The position numbers and the translations under genes were made by a program. Below, one piece after another: positions 25,288-35,489 of a stretch of 64,000 bases of DNA; the first letter of the stretch is position 1, and each line of letters begins with the position of its first letter. Origin of the DNA: Bacteroidales bacterium (lineage in GTDB: Bacteria > Bacteroidota > Bacteroidia > Bacteroidales > UBA932). The stretch is from contig JAKSKD010000005.1 of the NCBI GenBank assembly GCA_024401925.1, forward strand, positions 3,709-67,708. Reading direction: 5' to 3'. Under the pieces are notes generated by a model. That model was not told the DNA's origin. It saw nothing but the letters and a program-made list of their open reading frames with translations, and did no database searches.

Positions 25288-27987
25288 ATGACTCCATTTC
25301 TGAAACAAGTTGCGAGACATTATGCGGATATCCCGGATTTATATTTTATTTTTCCGAGCAGGAGAGCCCAGGTTTTCTTCCTGAAATATCTTTCGGAAGA
25401 CCTGAAGGGTGCGGAAAAGCCTGTTCTGGCCCCGCAATGCTGCACAATAGATGAATTTGTCTATTATATAGCCGGAGCCGGAAAATCGGATAAGGTCAAA
25501 CTGCTCCTGGAACTGTATTCCTGCTATTCGGAACTGTATGAGGAGAAAAACAGGAGAAAACCTGAAAGCCTTGACGAATTTATCTTCTGGGGGGACATAA
25601 TACTGAAGGATTTCTCGGATGTGGACAGGTATCTTGTTGATCCTGACCATATTTTCAAGAATGTTGCCGATTATAAAAAACTCAGCGATGATTTTACATA
25701 TCTGACTCCGCAGCAGAAGGAGGCTATGACTCTTTTCCTTTCCAGAATTACTCCTGATAAGGAAATGGAGGCCAATTTCCTGAAGATTTGGGATATCCTC
25801 CTGCCTTTGTACTATAAGTTCCGTGAACGTTTGGACGCACAAGGGCTGGCTTATGACGGAATGGTGTACAGAAAGGCCGCGGAGCAGATGGACAGACTTC
25901 CGGAGTGCTCGAAGTTTGTGTTTGTGGGTCTCAATGCATTGGACGAGTGCGAGAAGACCATACTCTCGAAACTGAGGGACAGTGGACGTGCTGAATTCTG
26001 TTGGGACTATTCCTGGGACATCCTCAAGGATCCTATGAATAAGGCGTCGCTTTTCCTTGGTTCAAATATCCGTCGCTTCCCACAGGCATTCGAACCGGAC
26101 GCTGACGGACTTCCTGAGAAAAACGTTGATGTTATTGGAGTTGCTTCCGGGGTGGCACAGAGCAAGCAGATGTATTCCATCCTGTCCGAACTTCCTGCTG
26201 AATTCAGGGATGAGAGAACTGCGATTGTACTCCCGGATGAAAATATGTTGATTCCCGTGCTGAACAGCATTCCTGAAGATATAAAGAATATCAATGTCTC
26301 GATGGGATATTCCATCCGTGGAAGTTCCGTATTTGCCCTGATGAACGGGATAGCCGCTTTGCAGCTGCACCTGCGAAAGAAACAGGATAAATGGTTCTTC
26401 TATCACAAACAGGTGTTCTCGATTTTCTCCAACAGTATCTTCGAGTGTGCTGCGGATGATTCTCTGCGTGAAAGGATGAAGGAAATCAGGAAGGAGAGGA
26501 AATATTACATCCCTGAGTCCGAACTGACAGGACACCCGCTTTTGGAACTTGTTTTCCGTGTCCCGGAGGACTACGGGACATACTTGCAGGAGGTAATCTA
26601 CAATCTGGCCGTCAGACTCAAACAGACCGGAGGCATGGCGCTGGAGCTTGATTTCGCTAAACATTACTATCAGGCTGTCACGCGCCTTATGGAGAATAAT
26701 CTTCCGGAAATACTTCCGGCCACATATTTCCGGCTTCTGAACCAGCTCGTATCCCTGGATACGGTTCCTTTCCGTGGTGAACCTCTGCGCGGACTGCAGA
26801 TAATGGGCCCTCTTGAGACAAGAGCCGTTGATTTTGACCGGGTGATCATACTTTCGTGCAATGAAGGTATCTTTCCAAGGCATCCGGCATCGACATCATT
26901 CATTCCGGGAGAACTGCGTCACGCCTTCGGGCTGCCGGACTATGAGTATCACGATGCGATGAATGCATATTATTTCTACCGTCTGCTGCAGCGCAGCGGG
27001 AAAGTGTGGATGCTCTATGATTCCAGGATGAAGAATCTGCGTGCGGGAGAAGAGTCCCGCTATATCAAGCAGCTTGAAATGCTGTATGGGAACAGGGTGA
27101 AAATAAGAAGGTTTACCTCCAAATCAGATTGGAAATATGTTGCTCCTCCAGGGGATATCCAGAAGACAGAAGAGGACATTCGGAAGATAAAATCCGTAAA
27201 GATATCGCCCTCTGCCATGAAGGATTACCGTTCCTGCCCTGTGAAGTTCTATTACAGGGTGGTCAAAGGCATACGGATAGATGATGAACTTTCCGACAGC
27301 CTTGATGCCCGTACATTGGGAACTGTTTTCCATTCTGTCATGCAGCAGCTGTATTCCGTTCCGGACCATATTGTCGGAGCTGACTACCTCCGTTCGAAGT
27401 GGGGGGACACGCAGGCGCTGTCGTGCTTGATAGATGACACAATCAGGAAGGAACTTAAGACCATAGAGGTGCAGGGAAGGGACATTATGTACCGGGAACT
27501 CGTTCTCGAATATGTCAGGAAATGTCTGCAGCGCGACATCGAATACCTTGGGAAGCGGGGAGCCGGGCATTTTCGCATTCTTAAGCTCGAGGAATGGGGG
27601 GAGGCTTCCATTGACGGGTTTACCTTCCACGGTGTCATAGACAGGATGGACAGTGTCTCTGACGGTGAAGTCCGGATTGTGGACTATAAGACCGGTATGG
27701 TGAATAAGGACACCTTGCCCGGCATTGATCTTCAGATGTACATCTATGACCGTTTCCTGGACAAAGACCGGGATTATTGCGGGGCACAGGTAGTCAATAG
27801 CATATATTCTCCGTCCGGACTTTTTGTGTCCGAAGTTGAGGATAAGCCGGCGGATGAATGTTTCAAAAATTCAGTGGGGCAGAAATTGGAAGCTGACCTT
27901 GCCGAACTTGCAGACCCGGAGGTGCCTTTCGTAAGGAAGATACAAGCTTGTAAATACTGTGATTTCAAAACCCTTTGTGGAAAATGA
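25288..27987 (+). CDS. AddB-like PD-(D/E)XK nuclease with inactive helicase domain and Fe-S staple
   Basis: IFPSRRA, GLQIMGPLETR, SPS..KDYRSCP, GVIDRMD...IVDYKTG, C-terminal CKYCDFKTLC. Confidence 0.88.
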   Translation: MTPFLKQVARHYADIPDLYFIFPSRRAQVFFLKYLSEDLKGAEKPVLAPQCCTIDEFVYYIAGAGKSDKVKLLLELYSCYSELYEEKNRRKPESLDEFIFWGDIILKDFSDVDRYLVDPDHIFKNVADYKKLSDDFTYLTPQQKEAMTLFLSRITPDKEMEANFLKIWDILLPLYYKFRERLDAQGLAYDGMVYRKAAEQMDRLPECSKFVFVGLNALDECEKTILSKLRDSGRAEFCWDYSWDILKDPMNKASLFLGSNIRRFPQAFEPDADGLPEKNVDVIGVASGVAQSKQMYSILSELPAEFRDERTAIVLPDENMLIPVLNSIPEDIKNINVSMGYSIRGSSVFALMNGIAALQLHLRKKQDKWFFYHKQVFSIFSNSIFECAADDSLRERMKEIRKERKYYIPESELTGHPLLELVFRVPEDYGTYLQEVIYNLAVRLKQTGGMALELDFAKHYYQAVTRLMENNLPEILPATYFRLLNQLVSLDTVPFRGEPLRGLQIMGPLETRAVDFDRVIILSCNEGIFPRHPASTSFIPGELRHAFGLPDYEYHDAMNAYYFYRLLQRSGKVWMLYDSRMKNLRAGEESRYIKQLEMLYGNRVKIRRFTSKSDWKYVAPPGDIQKTEEDIRKIKSVKISPSAMKDYRSCPVKFYYRVVKGIRIDDELSDSLDARTLGTVFHSVMQQLYSVPDHIVGADYLRSKWGDTQALSCLIDDTIRKELKTIEVQGRDIMYRELVLEYVRKCLQRDIEYLGKRGAGHFRILKLEEWGEASIDGFTFHGVIDRMDSVSDGEVRIVDYKTGMVNKDTLPGIDLQMYIYDRFLDKDRDYCGAQVVNSIYSPSGLFVSEVEDKPADECFKNSVGQKLEADLAELADPEVPFVRKIQACKYCDFKTLCGK

Positions 27988-30938
27988 TAGAGATTCTGAC
28001 TGCATCTGCCGGCTCAGGCAAGACCTACCAGCTGGCCAAGAAATATATAAGTCTGTTGATTTCCGATACCGGAGGAGACAAGTACAGGCATATCCTTGCC
28101 GTGACTTTCACGAACAAGGCGACTGCCGAGATGAAGGGCAGGATTCTCAGCGAACTATATGTTCTGGCTTCAGACCCTGACAAGTCGAAGTACCTTGAAG
28201 ATCTTGTTAAAGAACTGGGTATTGACCGGGATGAGATCAGGAGCCGCTCGGAACTTTATTTGAAAAATATCCTGCACGATTACAGTTCTTTCGCTATCAG
28301 TACGATAGACAAGTTCTTCCAGCAGGCTCTCAGATCTTTCACCCGTGAGATAGGCTGTTTCGCTGCTTATCAGGTGGAACTGGACCGGGATTCGCTGCTC
28401 AAGGAAGCTGTCGATAGGATACTGGATTCGGTGTCCGAGGAGAACAAGGAACTTTATGAATGGATCATGTCCTGTATGAAGGACAGGATTGAGCGTGGCT
28501 CGGGTTTCAAGATCGATGAGAAAATGCTTGAAACTGCGAAAAGTATGGGCTCCGGAAAATACCAGAATGCCTTGGAGGAAACTGGAATCAATCCTGCGTC
28601 ATCTTTTTCCAAGACCAATCTGCGGAAAATCGATGATGAATGTAATAACATCATAAGGACGTTCTCGTCCGAAGTCAACAAGGCGGCAGAGGAACTGAAG
28701 AATATTCTGACAAAGACATCGGAATTGAAACAGTTGGAGAAATATCTTTATCCTTTCAAGAGCGATGAAAGGATTGAACCGCTTAAGGCGACTCTGCGTA
28801 AAGCCGCCCCCGGCAGCCATTTCAATTTCTTGATGACGGAGAAATACAAAATATACAACACTGCCTGGCAGGTGCGCAAACTGACTTATTCTCTTGGATT
28901 CGCCCGAGAATATGAGGAGCAGATGGCAGAATTGATGAAGGAGAAGAATGTAATGAGCCTTGAAGACTCCAACAGCATACTCAAGCGTATCATCGACGGC
29001 AGTGACACTCCGTTCATATATGAGAAGATGGGAGTGAGATACACTGACTTCCTGCTAGATGAATTCCAGGATACTTCCCGTGTCCAGTGGGAAAACCTGT
29101 GCCCGCTTCTAAAGGAATCTGAAGCAAGAGGAGGACAGAACCTCATAGTAGGTGATGTGAAGCAGAGCATCTACCGTTGGAGAAATTCCGACTGGAAGTT
29201 GCTTGACGGGGAGGTTCCGGAAACTTTCTCGAAAAGTTGCAAATGTGTTTCCCTGAACAGGAATTTCAGGAGTTGTGCCACCGTAGTCGATTTCAATAAC
29301 AAGTATTTCCGTTTTGCCGCAGACAAGATGAAGGAACAGTTCGGGAACATCGAGGGTACGGATGCGGGCAGGATATATAAGGATGTCTGTCAGGAAGTGC
29401 GACACACTGATCCTCAGCAGGGTATGGTCAGAGTTGATTTCTGCCAGCCGTCCGCCGACGGAAGCCTGACGGCCGGAGATGTGGAATGCGGAAAGATACT
29501 GGAGTCCGTGAACAACGCACTGGAGAATGGAGCATCATTGAATGACATTGCCGTGATAGTCCGTACGAACCGGGAAGGGGGAGAGGTGGCTAACTATTTG
29601 AAGGCTAATGGCATTGATGTGATATCAGATGATTCGTTGTCGATAAAGTCATCACGCATCGTAAACCTTCTCGTCGCCAGGTTCAAGCAGATGCTTGATG
29701 AGAATGATCCCCTTGCTGCATATTTCCTTGAGGACTGCGACCTGGCTGAGCCGGATTCGTCTAACACTCTGATGGACCTGGCGGAACATTACCTTAGGGA
29801 ACTGCAGCGCTGTTTTCCTGAGATCTTCAATGCGGAAATCTTGTTTGTTAACGGGTTTATGGACATACTTCAGGAATGGAGCTCGACCTATTCGGACAGT
29901 CTCCCTGCCTTTATGGAGTTCTGGGAGAATAATGATGCCGTGGCAAGCTCTCCGGAAGGGACTGATGCTGTGACTGTTATGACCGTCCATAAGGCCAAGG
30001 GCCTGGAATTCGGACACGTCATTCTCCCGTTTGCGGACAAGATCAGTTTCGACCCTGCACCGGGAAAATCCTATTGGTCCTGGTGCCGGCCGGACGAAGA
30101 TCACTTTGGACAGGTGGAGGCTATGAGGACAGCAGTCTATCCGGTGTCTTTCACCAAGTCGGAGACCCCGGACAGCCTTTTCGAATCTGCGTATGACAGG
30201 GAGTCCGGACTTGCCGTAATAGATTCCATCAATGTGTTCTATGTGGCCCTCACCAGAGCGAAGAACACTCTTCATATCATCTCGGCACTTCCTTCCAAAT
30301 CTTGTATCGATGCTTTTGTTGCAAAGATGCAATATGAATTCAAGAGTCCGATGGAAATGATGTACTGGTACCTTTGTGGAGCTCTGACCTGGTCGGCAGG
30401 TGAGGAATATGATTTCAGAAAATGTCCAGGCAGGGAGACTGAAACTCTTCCGGATATTTTCCCCGGCTATCCTTCGGTGCCTCTGGGAAACAGGCTTGAG
30501 CCATCTACCGATGCGGCTGAGTTTTTCGGCGAAGAAGGTGCTGTCGGAGCTGAGGCGTCTGACCGTCTTGCCGGCATAGAATTACACGCCATACTTTCCA
30601 GAGTGTATGGAATGTCGGATCTCGACAGCTTTTCGGGCACACGGGAGTATGATATGCTCCGAAAAAGGGTGTCTGACCATCCTGAATGGTTCAGCACTGG
30701 GGGGCGGGTCTATAACGAAGCGACAATATTTACGAGGATGGGAAACAGTCTGCGTCCGGACAAGGTTATTATAGAGAACGGCTCCGTGACGGTGGTTGAT
30801 TATAAGTTCGGAAGTCCGAAGGACTCATACATAAGCCAGGTGAACGGCTATGTGGACTTGTTTAAGGAAATGGGATACACTGATGTCCAGGGCTATTTGT
30901 GGTATGTTTATGAAGACTCTGTCATACGCGTCAGATAA
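27984..30938 (+). CDS. AddA-like UvrD/SF1 helicase-nuclease
   Basis: ASAGSGKT, TFTNKA, LDEFQDTS, GDVKQSIYRWR, TVHKAKGLEF, YVALTRA, C-terminal RPD...VDYKFG. ATGA overlap with the addB-like gene. Confidence 0.92.
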   Translation: MIEILTASAGSGKTYQLAKKYISLLISDTGGDKYRHILAVTFTNKATAEMKGRILSELYVLASDPDKSKYLEDLVKELGIDRDEIRSRSELYLKNILHDYSSFAISTIDKFFQQALRSFTREIGCFAAYQVELDRDSLLKEAVDRILDSVSEENKELYEWIMSCMKDRIERGSGFKIDEKMLETAKSMGSGKYQNALEETGINPASSFSKTNLRKIDDECNNIIRTFSSEVNKAAEELKNILTKTSELKQLEKYLYPFKSDERIEPLKATLRKAAPGSHFNFLMTEKYKIYNTAWQVRKLTYSLGFAREYEEQMAELMKEKNVMSLEDSNSILKRIIDGSDTPFIYEKMGVRYTDFLLDEFQDTSRVQWENLCPLLKESEARGGQNLIVGDVKQSIYRWRNSDWKLLDGEVPETFSKSCKCVSLNRNFRSCATVVDFNNKYFRFAADKMKEQFGNIEGTDAGRIYKDVCQEVRHTDPQQGMVRVDFCQPSADGSLTAGDVECGKILESVNNALENGASLNDIAVIVRTNREGGEVANYLKANGIDVISDDSLSIKSSRIVNLLVARFKQMLDENDPLAAYFLEDCDLAEPDSSNTLMDLAEHYLRELQRCFPEIFNAEILFVNGFMDILQEWSSTYSDSLPAFMEFWENNDAVASSPEGTDAVTVMTVHKAKGLEFGHVILPFADKISFDPAPGKSYWSWCRPDEDHFGQVEAMRTAVYPVSFTKSETPDSLFESAYDRESGLAVIDSINVFYVALTRAKNTLHIISALPSKSCIDAFVAKMQYEFKSPMEMMYWYLCGALTWSAGEEYDFRKCPGRETETLPDIFPGYPSVPLGNRLEPSTDAAEFFGEEGAVGAEASDRLAGIELHAILSRVYGMSDLDSFSGTREYDMLRKRVSDHPEWFSTGGRVYNEATIFTRMGNSLRPDKVIIENGSVTVVDYKFGSPKDSYISQVNGYVDLFKEMGYTDVQGYLWYVYEDSVIRVR

Positions 30939-30981
30939 TACGTCAAAAAGTATTATATTTGTATGATAAAACAACCGGTTT

Positions 30982-31638
30982 ATGGAAGAATTACTTTATA
31001 ATACCCAAGTGGAGAAACTCAGGATGCCGGAATACGGCCGTAATGTTCTGAAAATGGTGGAGCAGATGAAGGATATTCCTGACAGGGAGAAAAGGAGCGA
31101 ACAGGCCAGAGCTATTGTGAAGGTGATGGAGATTCTGAATCCTCAGGTTCATCAGCAGGAAAATTTCGAGCAGAAACTGTGGGATCATCTGTACCTGATT
31201 GCCGGACTGGATCTTGATATTGAGAGCCCTTTCCCGGCTCCGAAACCGGAAATAATAGAGGCAAAGCCTCTTCCAATACCTTTGAAGAAACGCCCCATCA
31301 AGGCTACGCACTATGGCAGGAATATTGAGAGCATCATTGATTTGATTTCCGGAGAGGAGGATGGCGAGGTGAAGACGTCAATGATACGCTCACTTGCTAT
31401 CTATATGCGTCAGCAGTATCTGATCTGGAACAAAGACAGCGTTGCTGATGAAACGATATTCAAGGATATCGAGAAATTGTCCGGCTTCAGCATCAAGGTC
31501 CCGGAGGGACTCAGTCTGACAAAGCTGTCCGCTGACGTGAATTTCTCAAGACCTGGCTTCAACCCTAATGTCGGTCAGTCCGGAACAAAGAAGAACCATC
31601 AGAGACAGGGAAGAAGAAACAATAAGAAGAAACAATGA
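30982..31638 (+). CDS. DUF4290 family protein
   Basis: YNT...L.MPEYGRNV, KLWDHL, HYGRNI, WNKDSV; basic tail. -7 box TATATTTG at 30954-30961. Confidence 0.8.
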   Translation: MEELLYNTQVEKLRMPEYGRNVLKMVEQMKDIPDREKRSEQARAIVKVMEILNPQVHQQENFEQKLWDHLYLIAGLDLDIESPFPAPKPEIIEAKPLPIPLKKRPIKATHYGRNIESIIDLISGEEDGEVKTSMIRSLAIYMRQQYLIWNKDSVADETIFKDIEKLSGFSIKVPEGLSLTKLSADVNFSRPGFNPNVGQSGTKKNHQRQGRRNNKKKQ

Positions 31639-33983
31639 ATCTGACAGATCAGCAGAAGATAACGGCCAGAAGGATTACAGGACTGTTCGTCGCAGCCCTG
31701 GCGCTTTTTACGCTTCTTTCTTCGGCGTCATATCTTTTCACCTGGAAGGCAGATATGAGCCTTCAGACCGGGGAATCAATGATGGAAACAGGAGTGAAGG
31801 CAGACAACCTTACAGCCAAACTCGGGTATATGCTCGGAAAACTTCTTGTCTGCGACTGGTTCGGAATTGGAAGTTTCGCGCTGCTTGTAATACTCGTCGT
31901 GGTGGCGGATTGGCTGCTTCGTGGGAAGAGCCGTTATTCTGTTCTAAAGACAGTCGTAGTAGTGCTTTCCGGTACATTTATTGCGTCACTCCTCCTGGCC
32001 TGGATCTCCAAACTGTTCAGACTTACGAACTGCTTTGGCGGAGGCCTTGGCGGACGTTTCGGAGCATATGTTGTGGACTGGTCTGACAATCTGGTCGGTT
32101 ACTTTACCCCGGTACTCATATTCCTGCTGATTGTCTGCTGGCTTGTTTTTACCAACCGTAAGTTCTCCGAATGGGTGGGCTCCCTGACATTCGGTCAGAA
32201 AAAGGAGGAAGCCCTTGCGGGACCGGAGCCTGAAAGTGAGCTGGATACTGAGGTTGAGACTGCAGCGGAACCGGAGCCCATACCCGTACCGGAACCTGTT
32301 TCCGCTCCCGTTCCTACACCTGTTGCTGCTTCTGCACCGGCCCCGCAGCCTGAGGAGGAGGGCGGCTTCGAAGTGATAAATGGGGATCAGCTCTCTACGG
32401 ACATCAAAAAACCGCTCAAAAGGATTGATATGAGGGAGGAGGAGGTCCCAAACTATAAGATGCCGCCTCTCGATATCCTCGACGACCATTCTACCGCAAA
32501 GAAGGAAGTCTCAAGGGAAGAGCTCCAAAGGAACAACAACAAGATTCGCGCAGCTCTGGCCAACTACAAGATACAGATAACAGACGTAAAGGCTGTCGTA
32601 GGCCCTACAGTTACTCTATATAAGATTTATCCGGCACCCGGTGTGCGTATCGCCGAAATTAAGAAGCTTCAGGACGATATAGCTATGTCGTTGAATGCCC
32701 GCGGTGTACGTGTAGTATCCCTTGAGGATTGCGTCGGAATCGAGGTGGCCAATGACAACGCTTCCATCGTACCGCTCAGGGCGATGCTCAATGACAATGC
32801 GTTCCGCGAAAGCAAGGCCGACCTCCCGGTGGCAATTGGGTATACTATCACACAGAAAGTGAAGGTGTTCGATCTTGCCGATACTCCTCATCTCCTCATC
32901 GCCGGAGCTACGAAGCAGGGTAAATCCGTCGGATTGAACGTTATCGTCTCATCCCTTCTCTATTCGAAGCATCCGTCCGAGCTTAAGATGGTGTTCATCG
33001 ACCCGAAGATGGTGGAATTCTCGTCTTATGCGCATCTCCTCAAACATTATCTTGCAGTTCTTCCTGATGCTGCCGATGAGAATGACGAAAGGAATAATGC
33101 GATTGTGAAGAAGGCCAAGGATGCCGAGAGGATTCTCCGTTCTCTCTGCATAGAGATGGATGACAGATACGAGCTTCTCAGTAAGGCTTATGTGAACAAT
33201 ATCAAGCTCTACAACGACAAGTACAGGGACAGACATCTCCTTCCTACGGAGGGGCATCATTTCCTTCCATACCTTGTTGTGGTCATTGATGAGTATGCAG
33301 ACCTCACAATGTCTGTTGGCGGGTCTGTCGAAAGCAAGGCTGCGGCAAAGAGCATACAGACCTCCATCATCCGACTCGCTCAGAAGGGTCGAGCTGCGGG
33401 CATTCACGTGATTCTTGCCACCCAACGTCCTTCAGTGGATGTCATTTCCGGTGTCATCAAGACGAATTTCCCTACCAGGATTGCATTCAGGGTCGCGTCG
33501 AGAATCGACTCTCAGACCATTCTGGATTCCCCTGGCGCTGAGAAGCTTATCGGTAAGGGCGATATGCTGTTCTACGCCGGGGTCGAGACCGAACGTATCC
33601 AGTGCGCGTTTGTAAGCAATGACGAGATCAATGCCATTACCGGATATGTAGGTTCCCAGACCGGATACCACAAGTGCTACAACACTCCATATTACCTGCC
33701 TGCCCCTGCTCCTGCAGAGGGAGAAGCCGGTGGCGCCATGATAGATATGAACGACCTTGACGAGAAGTTCGAAGAGGCAGCAAGAATGGTCGTTCTGACC
33801 CAGAAAGGCTCGACTTCCGATCTTCAGAGACGACTTGGTATGGGATATGCAAAAGCAGGAAGGGTAATGGACCAGCTGGAGGCAGCCGGAATCGTGGGAC
33901 CTCAAGAGGGGTCGAAGCCGCGTCAGGTGCTGGTTCCGGATTTGGATTCCCTGAATGAGATTATCCGTGCATACGTCAAATAA
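31635..33983 (+). CDS. ftsK: DNA translocase FtsK
   Basis: N-terminal TM domain, Pro/Glu linker, PHLLIAGATKQGKS, IDPKMVE, VIDEYAD, ATQRPS, gamma domain LQRRLGMGYAKAGR. Confidence 0.97.
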   Translation: MNLTDQQKITARRITGLFVAALALFTLLSSASYLFTWKADMSLQTGESMMETGVKADNLTAKLGYMLGKLLVCDWFGIGSFALLVILVVVADWLLRGKSRYSVLKTVVVVLSGTFIASLLLAWISKLFRLTNCFGGGLGGRFGAYVVDWSDNLVGYFTPVLIFLLIVCWLVFTNRKFSEWVGSLTFGQKKEEALAGPEPESELDTEVETAAEPEPIPVPEPVSAPVPTPVAASAPAPQPEEEGGFEVINGDQLSTDIKKPLKRIDMREEEVPNYKMPPLDILDDHSTAKKEVSREELQRNNNKIRAALANYKIQITDVKAVVGPTVTLYKIYPAPGVRIAEIKKLQDDIAMSLNARGVRVVSLEDCVGIEVANDNASIVPLRAMLNDNAFRESKADLPVAIGYTITQKVKVFDLADTPHLLIAGATKQGKSVGLNVIVSSLLYSKHPSELKMVFIDPKMVEFSSYAHLLKHYLAVLPDAADENDERNNAIVKKAKDAERILRSLCIEMDDRYELLSKAYVNNIKLYNDKYRDRHLLPTEGHHFLPYLVVVIDEYADLTMSVGGSVESKAAAKSIQTSIIRLAQKGRAAGIHVILATQRPSVDVISGVIKTNFPTRIAFRVASRIDSQTILDSPGAEKLIGKGDMLFYAGVETERIQCAFVSNDEINAITGYVGSQTGYHKCYNTPYYLPAPAPAEGEAGGAMIDMNDLDEKFEEAARMVVLTQKGSTSDLQRRLGMGYAKAGRVMDQLEAAGIVGPQEGSKPRQVLVPDLDSLNEIIRAYVK

Positions 33984-33984
33984 T

Positions 33985-34431
33985 ATGAAAAAGTTACTTT
34001 TATCTGCATTGACTGTCATCCTGTCTGTGCAGGCTTTCTCGCAGGTTACTGCATCATTTGACTTCATCGCCTCAGTGAAGGGTAATTACCCTTTCAATGG
34101 TTCTGGGACGGCATTAGTGCAGGATACTCGATATTATGTCAGGACAGGTGGATTTGAAATATTCTGTGATGGAAACACGAGGTGGATGGTGGATACTGCT
34201 GCGGAGGAGGTAACCGTGGAAACAGCGGAGAATTGGATGGAAATGGTGGCTGGCTATGATCTGCGGTATGATGGAAACAAAATTTCCGGTGCGCTCATCA
34301 AACTGACGGACGGATCGGAAGTATCTATTACAGTATCCGGTTTTACGGAATCCATACCGTCTTCGACAAAGTTTTCCATTGACGTCTCAACTTTGCCGGA
34401 CAATTACATCGTGACTGACTTGAGGGATTGA
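33985..34431 (+). CDS. LolA-like periplasmic protein
   Basis: Signal peptide; FCDGNTRW...EEVTV motif; immediately downstream of ftsK; C-terminal TDLR. Confidence 0.65.
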   Translation: MKKLLLSALTVILSVQAFSQVTASFDFIASVKGNYPFNGSGTALVQDTRYYVRTGGFEIFCDGNTRWMVDTAAEEVTVETAENWMEMVAGYDLRYDGNKISGALIKLTDGSEVSITVSGFTESIPSSTKFSIDVSTLPDNYIVTDLRD

Positions 34432-34432
34432 T

Positions 34433-35455
34433 TTATTTTACGTCCCTGACCGGGCGTATGGTTGCGCAGAAAGATTTTTTGTCGCCCGATGCGACCAGAA
34501 TGTCCGGATTCCCTTCAACGAAATAGCGGTAGTATGCCTGGTCTTCTCCGTAAGGGGTTCCTGTCCAGAATACGGCTTTTTCTCCGAAATCCTTGAATCT
34601 GAAATTGTTACCATCCTGATATGTATATCCGGATGGAATTACGTTCAGACTCTTTTCGTTGGTCACCTTGATCTTGGGCCAGAATTCCCAGAGGGAGTCT
34701 TTTTCCCCATTGAGGATAGCCTGACTGAGCATATGCCCGGCAATTTCCGGCAGGGTTCTTCCTTCTGCGAAACTGCCCGCTGGTTCGAACTCTTTTGCCA
34801 GATCGATCCAATCCTGCTCCACAGGAAGTCTCCATCCGTCCGGACAAGCAAGGATAGCCTCGTCCCAGTTGTAGAACTGCCCGAAAACGTCGCTTGTGAC
34901 GGCGCTTTTCATATAAGGCACTCCGTATTCTTCGTATGCAAGATTTGAGCAGAACCACTCAGTGCTTCCTATGCGGACAATATTATATGTCTTGTGGTCG
35001 CGTTCGTCTGTAAATGTGTCTGTCGCGTATTTGAAATCCTGTCCGCTCAGGCTCTTTTCCTTGTCGATGATGGATGTCTTGTGGGATGTTGAGGACTGGT
35101 AATATCCTGTTGCAAATGCGGTACAGGAAAATTCAAGATTACAAAGCGTATCCGGGATGTGGTAGGTGAAAGCTCCGCTGACCGTTGCCGGGTCGCTTTC
35201 TTTCTTGGTTGTGTCAGACTTGGACATAGTAGGGGATACTCTCCAGGAATATCCGAAGGTGTCATCATCATATGCATATAGTCCTTTCGGAGTCACTGTC
35301 ACGTCCTCTCCTACTCTCACGAATGGCGGCAGGTCAAAACTGATGCTGCCCACAAAGGATTTGTGTGTTGACTCCTCTTCTTTTTTGCAGGAGGAAATGC
35401 CCAGACATATGGTTCCGGCAGCAAGTACAAACAGTATTTTCTTGAAATCCATCAT
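34433..35455 (-). CDS. FISUMP (Fibrobacter succinogenes major paralogous domain) lipoprotein
   Basis: Lipobox ISSC; FTDERD...Y..V.IG...W...NL; GQFYNW; ACPDGWRLP; FWT. Confidence 0.85.
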   Translation of the reverse strand: MMDFKKILFVLAAGTICLGISSCKKEEESTHKSFVGSISFDLPPFVRVGEDVTVTPKGLYAYDDDTFGYSWRVSPTMSKSDTTKKESDPATVSGAFTYHIPDTLCNLEFSCTAFATGYYQSSTSHKTSIIDKEKSLSGQDFKYATDTFTDERDHKTYNIVRIGSTEWFCSNLAYEEYGVPYMKSAVTSDVFGQFYNWDEAILACPDGWRLPVEQDWIDLAKEFEPAGSFAEGRTLPEIAGHMLSQAILNGEKDSLWEFWPKIKVTNEKSLNVIPSGYTYQDGNNFRFKDFGEKAVFWTGTPYGEDQAYYRYFVEGNPDILVASGDKKSFCATIRPVRDVK

Positions 35456-35489
35456 CTTTCTTCTTAATTTTGCAAATATCGTATTTAAA

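Noticed and set aside
25288-30938. Nuclease plus helicase pair as a possible Cas4-like or defence system
   Set aside because: Domain order, Fe-S staple and ATGA coupling fit housekeeping AddAB recombination enzymes.
32223-32350. Pro/Glu/Ala low-complexity repeats in ftsK
   Set aside because: Ordinary FtsK linker.
35166-35489. N-terminal extension of apbE (similar extensions on ackA, coaD, lon, fabF, Clp-N and DJ-1)
   Set aside because: These overlap opposite-strand genes or promoter boxes; downstream ATGs match family N-termini.
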